Below, one piece after another: positions 12,101 to 22,245 of a stretch of 64,000 bases of DNA; within the stretch, counting starts at the first letter, position 1; every line of letters begins with the position of its first letter. The notes under the pieces were generated by a model, which was not told the DNA's origin, made no database searches, and saw only the letters and a program-made list of their open reading frames with translations. The DNA comes from Laetmonice hystrix. Taxonomy: Eukaryota. The position numbers and the translations under genes were made by a program. The stretch is from the NCBI GenBank assembly GCA_965235115.1, contig OZ249438.1:40920001-40984000 (forward strand), read 5' to 3'.

Positions 12101-15100
12101 TGTCTAAAGTAACACTCTATCATCATGTTTGTGTCTAAAGGTAACACTCTATCATCATGATCTGTTTGTGTCTAAAGGTAACACTCTATCATCATGATCT
12201 GTTTGTGTCTAAAGGTAACATTCTATCATCATGATCTGTTTGTGTCTAAAGGTAACACTCTATCATCATGTTTGTGTCTAAAGGTAACACTCTATCATCA
12301 TGATCTGTTTGTATCTAAAGGTAACACTCTAACATCATGCTTGTGTCTAAAGGTAACACTATCATCATGATCTGTTTGTGTCTAAAGTAACACTCTATCA
12401 TCATGATCTGTTTGTGTCTAAAGGTAACACTCTAACATCATGATCTGTTTGTGTCTAAAGGTAACACTCTATCATCATGATCTGTTTGTGTCTAAAGGTA
12501 ACACTCTATCATCATGATCTGTTTGTGTCTAAAGGTAACACTCTAACATCATGATCTGTTTGTGTCTAAAGGTAACACTCTATCATCATGATCTGTTTGT
12601 GTCTAAAGGTAACACTCTATCATCATGATCTGTTTGTGTCTAAAGGTAACACTCTATCATCATGATCTGTTTGTGTCTAAAGTAACACTCTATCATCATG
12701 CTTGTGTCTAAAGGTAACACTCTATCATCATGATCTGTTTGTGTCTAAAGGTAACACTCTATCATCATGTTTGTGTCTAAAGGTAACACTCTATCATCAT
12801 GATCTGTTTGTGTCTAAAGTAACACTCTATCATCATGCTTGTGTCTAAAGGTAACACTCTATCATCATGATCTGTTTGTGTCTAAAGGTAACACTCTATC
12901 ATCATGATCTGTTTGTGTCTAAAGGTAACACTCTATCATCATGATCTGTTTGTGTCTAAAGTAACACTCTATCATCATGCTTGTGTCTAAAGGTAACACT
13001 CTATCATCATGATCTGTTTGTGTCTAAAGGTAACACTCTATCATCATGTTTGTGTCTAAAGGTAACACTCTATCATCATGATCTGTTTGTGTCTAAAGTA
13101 ACACTCTATCATCATGCTTGTGTCTAAAGGTAACACTCTATCATCATGATCTGTTTGTGTCTAAAGGTAACACTCTATCATCATGATCTGTTTGTGTCTA
13201 AAGGTAACACTCTATCATCATGTTTGTGTCTAAAGTAACACTCTATCATCATGTTTGTGTCTAAAGGTAACACTCTATCATCACTATCTGTTTGTGTCTA
13301 AAGGTAACACTCTATCATCATGCTTGTGTCTAAAGGTAACACTCTATCATCATGATCTGTTTGTGTCTAAAGGTAACACTCTATACCTGTCATGTACACG
13401 GCATACACGTCTACATCAGACGTGGTGTAGGGACAGGCTCGGCTCGACAGAAGCGATCGCACTGAGATTGTGAATGATTATTCTGGTGTTTTACGTGTTA
13501 TAAGGGGCCTTCTATCTGATAATGAGCAAAGATTCCAGGTATAGGCATGACATTCAGTGTCTGACCTTTTCACCTTAGGAGATGATTCAGTGACGGAAGA
13601 ATATGGAGTTACTCTGATTAAATGTACATTTATAATCCGGTAGAATTTGTTTGATTTGGGTTAAATTTGTTTCTTTCTTTTTAACAGTTTATTTGAATCA
13701 AACAAGTTAATTGCGAGAGGGGATGGAGAAATACAAACAGTTCATAAAAATCTGACACATCTTTACCCGATATCAGATTGACGCCAGTGTTCACTAAAAG
13801 CGACACGTCAGATTGTTGCCGTAATGCTTCTAGAGTTAAACATTGCGGAGATGTCCCCGATGATCGATGTAACAGGCTAAGAGCTCCGTTTTCATATTGC
13901 AGATGGTGCAGGAGTACGAGCGGGCTGTTATTTTCCGGCTGGGGCGAGTTTTGCCTGGAGCACGCGGACCGGGTAAGTGGTCACCTGGGACTGTAGATAT
14001 CTGAGCGCGTCGGCCGGGAGGAGGGGAACACCTTTAATGGGTACCACATCAATGGAATGTCCCACCTACTTTCCCATTAAAGAAACGTTTAAATCATAAA
14101 CCTCAGAGACATCCTGTCCACCTAAGGACGGTATACACGAAGTCCACATAATAACCAGTCTCTTATAACATGGTTTTGATTTTTCTTTGCCAGGACTGTT
14201 CTTCATTATACCGTGTATCGATGATTTTGTGAAGGTCGACCTTCGAACTGTCTCATTCGATGTCCCACCTCAGGAGGTACGTCTCGCTCTTAATTGTTTA
14301 ATTTCATATTTCCTTACTCTAAAAAAACCTATGATGATAGGATTCCAAGAATTGTTTTCTACATGTAGAATAATGTTATTGATGTTAACAAATTTCAACA
14401 AGTTTAACCAACCATTTCTAATGTGTTTATCTATGCATCAACTCGTATTACATTTTCAGCGCAGCGCTCTGTGTATTCTTAGATCGGCTGAGTCAAAAAT
14501 ATATTGATTTTACTGAATTCGTATAGAGGCGACACGGCCCTGCGTGGGACTGATTTTTTTAATAGTTCATCTCGTCTAATTAGGTATTATTTAGTTGAGT
14601 GTGACTAGGTTCAAGGTCAGGATGACCTTGCCTGAATCCTGACCATCCTGACCCCCCCCCCCCCCCTCCCATAGAACATGCGATCAAAGGCTTGGCCAGG
14701 CGGCCCGCCTTGTAATCTAGAGGGGCAGAAAGTGTGTTCTGACGACCCTGTCCTAACACCTGCCCCAGACACACGAGACACGTGACGACCCTGCCCTAAC
14801 ACCTGCCCCAGACACACCAGACACGTGACGACCCTGCCCTAACACCTGCCCCAGACACACCAGACACGTGACGACCCTGCCCTAACACCTGCCCCAGACA
14901 CACCAGACACGTGACGACCCTGCCCTAACACCTGCCCCAGACACACCAGACACGTGACGACCCTGCCCTAACACCTGCCCCAGACACACCAGACACGTGA
15001 CGACCCTGCCCTAACACCTGCCCCAGACACGTGACGACCCTGCCCTAACACCTGCCCCAGACACACCAGACACGTGACGACCCTGCCCTAACACCTGCCC

Positions 15101-16975
15101 CAGACACACCAGACACGTGACGACCCTGCCCTAACACCTGCCCCAGACACACCAGACACGTGACGACCCTGCCCTAACACCTGCCCCAGACACACCAGAC
15201 ACGTGACGACCCTGCCCTAACACCTGCCCCAGACACACCAGACACGTGACGACCCTGCCCTAACACCTGCCCCAGACACACCAGACACGTACATACTTCA
15301 ACGTAAAGTAGACATTGGTGTTTCTAGACTTGAGGACCTCCACTAAGCCGATTCTCCTTGTGACGTCCCTGCGATTTTGATATCACCCTTTTATTTTACT
15401 GTGATTTTGAGATTAAAGGAAGGAAGCCATTTCCTAGACAGGAAAGGCCTGTCAGAAAAAAAATCAGACTGAAATTCCACCAATAAATCAAAAATGGCAT
15501 GGCCGTCGCAAGAGGAATCCCCTTAATGGACCAGGCCCTTAAGTAATACCCTCCTACAGATTTATTGCCACACGTAAATATTCAGTTCGGATGTATTACA
15601 CTAGGCTGTGTACTGGCTGTGTTTGTGGCTGACAATAAACAACCTGAACATGATGGCGCTGTGTGTTCAGATCCTGACCAAAGACTCCGTGACGATAGCA
15701 GTGGACGCAGTCGTGTATTACCGGATGAGTAACCCCATGATATCAGTGACAAACGTAGAAAACGCCTCCAATTCGACTCGCTTGCTCGCCCAGACCACCC
15801 TCCGCAACATCCTCGGTACCAAGACACTCGCCGAGATTCTCGCCGAGCGCGAGACCGTCAGCCACATGATGCAGGTCAGTCGTCACGTCATATGACGTCA
15901 TGGCGGGACTGACGTCATGGCGCCCCGCAGTGTAAAGAATTTGAGACACTTTCATGGTTACGGGGTTAGGCCGTAATGCCCGAGTACATTGGATTCCGTT
16001 GTGTATTTTACTTTGTTTAAATACGCCATGTATAAAATGGTTGTTGTACTCCGACAGCACGTTCTGGACGAGGGGACCGACCCTTGGGGAGTGAAGGTCG
16101 AGCGGGTTGAGATGTGAGTAATCCGTGACTGGCTGGACAACGGTCTTAAATTACCATAAAAAAAACGTCAATTACGGAAGGAGTAACATTTCATCCGAAG
16201 AGGTTTAGGACATTAGGTCGATTATCAGTTAGGCTAGGCAGCTTTAACATACATTGTAAATGCGTGTTGAGAGCACCATAATGCGCGCCATGACGTAATG
16301 CGTGCCACGTGATGTAATGCGTGCCACGTGATGTAATGCGTACCACGTGACGTAATGGGTGCCACGTGACGTGAAATGTTGTTTTGTATTGACAGCAAGG
16401 ACGTCCGCCTGCCGGTCCAGCTGCAGAGAGCCATGGCGGCCGAGGCGGAGGCCTCACGCGAAGCGCGGGCCAAGGTGGGTTAAGTGTTCTTAGTTCAACA
16501 TCCGGTCATTTACAGCACTGCCTCCCGTCTGTACATCTCATCAAGGCCGTCATGTTGGCATGTGGGCGTGTTGAGACGTTCAACAGACGATTGGTACTGA
16601 AGGTTAAACATAGAGTGGAGTCTGACTAATGGCTGACTCGTGTTGGTCCAGCATCAGCAGGACTTGTTTGTAGCGGTCTCCTGACGTCACCTGTCGCCTG
16701 GTCATGGTGACACTAATGTACACTATTATTTCCCCTAACAGGTGATCGCCGCCGAGGGTGAACACAAGGCGTCACGTGCTCTCAAAGAGGCTGCTGACGT
16801 CATCAACGAGTCTCACTCGGCCCTACAGCTGCGCTACCTGCAGACGTTGACCCAGATTTCAGCCGAGAAGAACTCCACCATCATCTTCCCGTTACCAATC
16901 GATCTGATCGGTGGTCTGTTGGAGCGCAATGGTACGAGTATCAAGGTCCGGCCGGCAGATAGCACCGGCCTTTAA
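53..16975 (+). CDS. STOM: Stomatin / band-7 (SPFH) family protein, paralogue 1, complete, 304 aa; join(53..119,11178..11299,13903..13972,14194..14276,15671..15874,16058..16113,16396..16474,16742..16975)
   Basis: Assembled by hand. The exons sum to 915 nt (304 aa + TAA), all introns are GT-AG and the phases are consistent. The translation carries hallmark stomatin motifs: hydrophobic hairpin with TFP, [111 protein letters not shown]. Exon 1 is the least certain. Confidence 0.95.
903..957. repeat. (GAT)n microsatellite plus poly-G
   Basis: Read directly from the sequence. Confidence 0.9.
1109..1896. repeat. Tandem repeat, ~126-128-bp unit, ~6 copies
   Basis: TACGAGCCTTGTGTCAGACTTTG...CATACAGGTA recurs, which explains the duplicated ORFs at 1289-1853. 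Confidence 0.95.
1965..2492. repeat. Minisatellite, 27-bp unit (ACCTAGGTCTATCACACTCACAGTAAC), ~19 copies
   Basis: 9-aa periodicity in ORFs 1879..2517 and 1977..2489. Confidence 0.97.
2904..4020. repeat. Minisatellite, 31-bp unit (CATCCGTGTATGGTAATGATTGATTGATGTC), ~36 copies
   Basis: Read directly; 31-aa periodicity in the minus-strand ORFs. Confidence 0.97.
6557..7316. repeat. Minisatellite, 54-bp unit with internal palindromes, ~14 copies
   Basis: GGGATATAAATGGTGTACCATTTACCGGTATACTTACCGTGAGCTGGGGTTATC; 18-aa periodicity. Confidence 0.97.
7615..7968. repeat. Irregular tandem repeat (ATGCCTTGTCATAAACATC(C/T)ACTGATCAT(T/G)GCTGTCAGAAAC modules)
   Basis: About 7-8 degenerate copies. Confidence 0.85.
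8130..9784. repeat. Minisatellite, 57-bp unit, ~29 copies
   Basis: TGGTCGTCCTGTGTCCAGGAGAATGCCTACACCAACTGTAAACCCCTGTATGTTTTC; produces the spurious 564-aa ORF. Confidence 0.98.
10656..10912. repeat. Minisatellite, 40-bp unit, ~6 copies
   Basis: CATTACTTATAATGTAAAGTGTTACACCTTTACCCTGCCC. Confidence 0.95.
11178..11299 (+). CDS. STOM: Stomatin 1 exon 2 (KGVQQEDDGTCGACCGMMLKVVSIIVIIFTFPITICFCLK), membrane hairpin
   Basis: ttgctag| acceptor and AAG|gtaaca donor; 122 nt. Encodes a Cys cluster plus a hydrophobic segment with the conserved TFP proline. Confidence 0.93.
11291..13384 (+). repeat. Minisatellite, 32/37-bp units, ~55-60 copies, each containing the exon-2 5' splice site (CTAAAG|GTAACA)
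   Basis: The unit TGTCTAAAG|GTAACACTCTATCATCATG(ATCTG)TTTG starts inside the coding exon. Confidence 0.97.
13903..13972 (+). CDS. STOM: Stomatin 1 exon 3 ([24 protein letters not shown])
   Basis: tattgcag| ... CCGG|gtaagt; 70 nt; [13 protein letters not shown] motif. Confidence 0.97.
14194..14276 (+). CDS. STOM: Stomatin 1 exon 4 ([27 protein letters not shown])
   Basis: tttgccag| ... GAG|gtacgt; 83 nt; matches part of ORF 14187..14507. Confidence 0.97.
14741..15290. repeat. Minisatellite, 43-bp unit, ~12 copies
   Basis: GACGACCCTGCCCTAACACCTGCCCCAGACACACCAGACACGT. Confidence 0.96.
15671..15874 (+). CDS. STOM: Stomatin 1 exon 5 (ILTKDSVT...SHMMQ)
   Basis: gtgttcag| ... CAG|gtcagt; 204 nt; core of the SPFH domain. 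Confidence 0.98.
16058..16113 (+). CDS. STOM: Stomatin 1 exon 6 ([19 protein letters not shown])
   Basis: ccgacag| ... GAGAT|gtgagt; 56 nt; phase-2 donor. Confidence 0.97.
16291..16372. repeat. Short 19-bp tandem repeat (ATGCGTGCCACGTGATGTA), ~4 copies, just upstream of the exon-7 acceptor
   Basis: Read directly from the sequence. Confidence 0.8.
16396..16474 (+). CDS. STOM: Stomatin 1 exon 7 ([26 protein letters not shown])
   Basis: attgacag| ... AAG|gtgggt; 79 nt. Confidence 0.97.
16742..16975 (+). CDS. STOM: Stomatin 1 exon 8, terminal (VIAAEGE...ADSTGL*)
   Basis: cccctaacag| acceptor; coincides with ORF 16742..16975; encodes the coiled coil and the STIIFPLP segment; TAA stop. Confidence 0.97.
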   Translation: [77 protein letters not shown]

Positions 16976-18278
16976 CTCCACTTCAATGCGCATGCGCTTG
17001 GCAGTGCTAGCGTCCTGAGTTGGCGGCCGCGTCCCAACCCCCACCCGCTTCATATTACTGTTGTTTCAAGGATTCATGTACTATACAGCGAAAGTCTTCG
17101 CGATCCCAGACCTTGTAGAAGAAACCCACTTGAGGAATCTTAAACTTTAGACGCAAGGGACCATTTCAACTTTAGACTCAAGGGACCATTTCAAGATGTG
17201 CATCTCATGTTCATTGAAAAAAGTGAATTCTATTCCGGCGGTCCAGCTTTGGTTGTGTATTTCGTTTGGTGCTGTACCTGCATGCTTATTGTGGCTGCGC
17301 TTTGCCTGGGCGCGTCGGACGATCCCGTCCAGAACTGTGAAGTTTACCCCACTGACGGCCATATTCTTTCTCTACCCCCAGTGAGTTAGACATGCAAGAA
17401 GAGGTTATATCTGGCGTGCCCTACAATACTCTGAGAGCGGCCCTGACCACAGCCAGCATCTGACCGCATACATATTAATATATAAAACATGGGCCTGAGT
17501 GTATATAAGGCCTGTTAAAACAATCAGAAGATTTGACTGAAGATAAACACAGAAAACAATCCCCCAGCCGGCATGGCGGTAACGTGGTACAGACACTGCT
17601 CGGTATGGGAGGCCCAGCGTGGTATTATTAACATGGACAAGACGTGTAGAGTCTACATGTAGGAAGATGACCTACGGCAAATACCACAGACTACAATCGT
17701 CTCTTCACTGCAGTTTATGTGCGGAACTGTGTCGGGTATAAAACAACAGCATTCAGGATCGTTTTTATTCCTGATTTATAATCGGATTTAAAATAAGATG
17801 TATAGCTATAAGTATATAAGTATATTGTTGACAGTTCAACATGAGACTCCTGTCTGCAGACATGCGGACTATGCCTGTTTATCACACAACATGAGATACA
17901 CTTACATGAGCTTGTTGTTGGATGAAAACAGCGCCACTAGCGTTGTGTCGTGAACTGTCTCTCTGTGATAACTATTTTATACTTTTGGTATTGACGGGAA
18001 AACAACAACAAAAAGTTTAGCTAACCTGACATTCCCCCAAGTCAATGTTGTATATTTTCTCGGGGAGGTACATACTGTCAATCACATTGGAAAATAGGAT
18101 AGCGAGTATAGCATCTTTGTGAAAGCTAGTCTCAAAGTATATTTAATATAATTTATACTCAGTGAACTCGGACGACCTTGTGTATTCAGTATATGTATGG
18201 TATCCATGTAGGCCCAGGCTGGTCTTGTATATTTTGACGTATATCGTGACGCCGTGAACAATATGTCTTGTGCCTCTC

Positions 18279-19183
18279 CTCGCACCGAGTGGTAGGACAG
18301 TACGTATGATGAAGCTAGGTGTGGACCACACCTCGCACCGAGTGGTAGGACAGTACGTATGATGAAGCTAGGTGTGGACCACACCTCGCACCGAGTGGTA
18401 GGACAGTACGTATGATGAAGCTAGGTGTGGACCACACCTCGCACCGAGTGGTAGGACAGTACGTATGATGAAGCTAGGTGTGGACCACATCTCGCACCGA
18501 GTGGTAGGACAGTACGTATGATGAAGCCAGGTGTGGACCACACCTCGCACCGAGTGGTAGGACAGTACGTATGATGAAGCCAGGTGTGGACCACACCTCG
18601 CACCACCACACCTCGCACCGAGTGGTAGGACAGTACGTATGATGAAGCTAGGTGTGGACCACATCTCGCACCGAGTGGTAGGACAGTACGTATGATGAAG
18701 CCAGGTGTGGACCACACCTCGCACCGAGTGGTAGGACAGTACGTATGATGAAGCCAGGTGTGGACCACACCTTGCACCGAGTGGTAGGACAGTACGTATG
18801 ATGAAGCTAGGTGTGGACCACATCTCGCACCGAGTGGTAGGACAGTACGTATGATGAAGCCAGGTGTGGACCACAGCTTGCACCGAGTGGTAGGACAGTA
18901 CGTATGATGAAGCTAGGTGTGGACCACATCTCGCACCACCACACCTCGCACCGAGTGGTAGGACAGCACGTATGATGAAGCCAGGTGTGGACCACACCTC
19001 GCACCACCACACCTCGCACCGAGTGGTAGGACAGTACGTTTGATGAAGCCAGGTGTGGACCACATCTCGCACCACCACACCTCGCACCGAGTGGTAGGAC
19101 AGTACGTATGATGAAGCTAGGTGTGGACCACATCTCGCACCGAGTGGTAGGACAGTACGTATGATGAAGCCAGCTGTGGACCA
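18279..19183. repeat. Minisatellite, 53-bp unit (some with a 13-bp internal duplication), ~16 copies
   Basis: CCTCGCACCGAGTGGTAGGACAGTACGTATGATGAAGCTAGGTGTGGACCACA. Confidence 0.96.
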
Positions 19184-20712
19184 CTCCATCGGTGCTGACT
19201 GACGTCATACCAGCTGTTGCCATGACGACTCCGGTCAGCTGACCATGCTTGCCGTGAATCGCCTGGTTACCGTCGTATCTAGTCAACTAATGTCTACGTC
19301 ATATTACAAAAACTGCTATGTGTATCCTCCAGGGACAAAGAATATGTCAAAGGTGGCACAAATGATGGTCTATGATGGCCTCGAGACGCAGGACACGCGG
19401 AAATAAAAGTAATTCGTTTTGGAGGAGGAACACAATTAGAATGTCCCATCCTATACAGGTTCACGATGAAATCTTTTTTACATTTCAAAGGAATGACAAT
19501 TTGTAATTCCTACACGGTATAAGCATTCCTTGTGTGGGATTATAACGCCGGATTTTGACCAGTCTGCGAGCAGAAGGTGTTGTAATGAAGACAGGTGTCG
19601 GAATGGTCAAGGTTGGCGTCAAGTTCTACGGGTGTTTGTAATCGTTAAAACTTATACTTAGGCAAACAGTATTCTACAGTGGAGATATCACAGGGCTTGT
19701 ACGAATCTTGGCTATACTTCTGGTGTATATAAGTCTTACGATGCAATTACCTTTGTTCTGTTGAGAAATGAATAATAGAATCAAGATGTGCCAGTTGGAA
19801 CTACAGTTGTTACATATTTTCGTTCAAGGACAAATCATACAGAGCCTGTTTTAGATAAGGAGTAGCAAGTGTAGACCTATGTGTAGGAGAGACAAATTTA
19901 AATGATATATACAAATTAGTACCTTTACTTTATTTTAATACATGGTCTCCAGGAGACAACAGCTAGGAGTATTTTGTAATGTTACATAACAATAATGTAT
20001 ACAGTTACTATTGCTGTAAATAAACTATTGTACGGCGTTGTATTAAAATTTGATTGCCTTATTCATTCAGTCTTCTCGCCAGCCTTTTTTAACAGAGTTG
20101 GTATCGCCAGGAGGATTTGGATAAATCATTATGTCTTTTCATTTATCATTATTTTTTTTGGGGTGGGGGTTAGGGGAATCTTGTCCGTTGCCGTCTGGGT
20201 CCTATCCCATCCCCCATTCCAGCTATAGTAGGTAAATTTCTCGACAGACGAATCCTCAAATAACGCCTGAGCGTCTGCCGTGTCTGGGCAAGATTATTAC
20301 GTATTCGTGGCGGCACTTTTCATTTATTGAGGCCCTGCCTGGGTGAGCGAAGGTTTGAGTTGATTTCTCAGTGGCCAAGCCATTCCTTGAGGACGAACGA
20401 CCACTTTACGTGTGGCTGGGAAAGGAATTAGAACCACAAGCCCTTGAGAATGGTAGTTGTAAATCGAGTCCCAAGATGAGGAGTAGCGAAAATGGAGTTT
20501 TCGTTGGCTGTGTTTACCAACCGGTCAGTGGTTGTTAGTAGATAGAATTCAGGTGAAATAGCCGTCATTTCTCAGCATACATCTAGGTCACAGTAGTCGG
20601 CAGTGGTAATTTCTCACCGCGGCAAGTGGGCAGTGAAGCTGCAATTTCCGCAATTCCTGAGAGAAGGGCACATCTGATGTGTGTCATTAAGCGGTAACAT
20701 CTGATGTGTATG

Positions 20713-22245
20713 AAACGTTAGAAAGGTCAAGGTCCTATACTTCGTGGGGAGGGAGTGAGATAGTGATGACGTCACTCATTCAAACGTTAGAAAGATCAAG
20801 GTCCTATACTTCGTGGGGAGGGAGTGAGATAGTGATGACGTCACTCATTCAAACGTTAGAAAGGTCAAGGTCCTATACTTCGTGGGGAGGGAGTGAGATA
20901 GTGATGACGTCACTCATTCAAACGTTAGAAAGGTCAAGGTCCTATACTTCGTGGGGAGGGAGTGAGATAGTGATGACGTCACTCATTCAAACGTTAGAAA
21001 GATCAAGGTCCTATACTTCGTGGGGAGGGAGTGAGATAGCGATGACGTAACTCATTCAAACGTTAGAAAGATCAAGATCCTATACTTCGTGGGGAGAGAG
21101 TGAGATAGTGATGACGTCACTCATTCAAACGTTAGAAAGATCAAGGTCCTATACTTCGTGGGGAGGGAGTGAGATAGTGATGACGTCACTCATTCAAACG
21201 TTAGAAAGGTCAAGGTCCTATACTTCGTGGGGAGGGAGTGAGATAGTGATGACGTCACTCATTCAAACGTTAGAAAGATCAAGGTCCTATACTTCGTGGG
21301 GAGGGAGTGAGATAGTGATGACGTCACTCATTCAAACGTTAGAAAGATCAAGGTCCCATACTTCGTGGGGAGGGGGTGAGATAGTGATGACGTCACTCAT
21401 TCAAACGTTAGAAAGGTCAAGGTCCCATAGTTTGTGGGGAGTGAGTGAGATAGTGATGACGTCACTCATTCAAACGTTAGAAAGATCAAGGTCCTATACT
21501 TCGTGGGGAGGGAGTGAGATAGTGATGACGTCACTCATTCAAACGTTAGAAAGATCAAGGTCCTATACTTCGTGGGGAGGGAGTGAGATAGTGATGACGT
21601 CACTCATTCAAACGTTAGAAAGGTCAAGGTCCTATACTTCGTGGGGAGGGAGTGAGATAGTGATGACGTCACTCATTCAAACGTTAGAAAGATCAAGGTC
21701 CTATACTTCGTGGGGAGGGAGTGAGATAGTGATGACGTCACTCATTCAAACGTTAGAAAGATCAAGGTCCTATACTTCGTGGGAGGGACTGAGATAGTGA
21801 TGACGTCACTCATTCAAACGTTAGAAAGGTCAAGGTCCTATACTTCGTGGGGAGTGAGTGAGATAGTGATGACGTCACTCATTCAAACGTTAGAAAGGTC
21901 AAGGTCCTATACTTCGTGGGGAGTGAGTGAGATAGTGATGACGTCACTCATTCAAACGTTAGAAAGATCAAGGTCCTATACTTCGTGGGGAGGGAGTGAG
22001 ATAGTGATGACGTCACTCATTCAAACGTTAGAAAGGTCAAGGTCCTATACTTCGTGGGGAGGGAGTGAGATAGTGATGACGTCACTCATTCAAACGTTAG
22101 AAAGGTCAAGGTCCTATACTTCGTGGGGAGTGAATGAGATAGCGATGACGTCACTCATTCAAACGTTAGATAGTGATGACGTCACTCATTCAAACGTTAG
22201 AAAGATCACGGTCCTATACTTCGTGGGGAGAGAGTGAGATAGTGA
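20713..22245. repeat. Minisatellite, 69-bp unit, ~22 copies, with TGACGTCA in nearly every unit
   Basis: AAACGTTAGAAAG(A/G)TCAAGGTCCTATACTTCGTGGGGAGGGAGTGAGATAGTGATGACGTCACTCATTC; 23-aa periodicity. Confidence 0.97.

Noticed and set aside
11291-13384. AG|GT junctions in the donor array as recursive-splicing ratchet points
   Set aside because: The acceptor would be AAG with a weak pyrimidine tract rather than YAG, and the intron is only 2.6 kb.
19620-19850. YHRAC-like peptide reminiscent of a DNA-transposase motif
   Set aside because: It is a short match amid multiple stops and is indistinguishable from chance without an HMM search.
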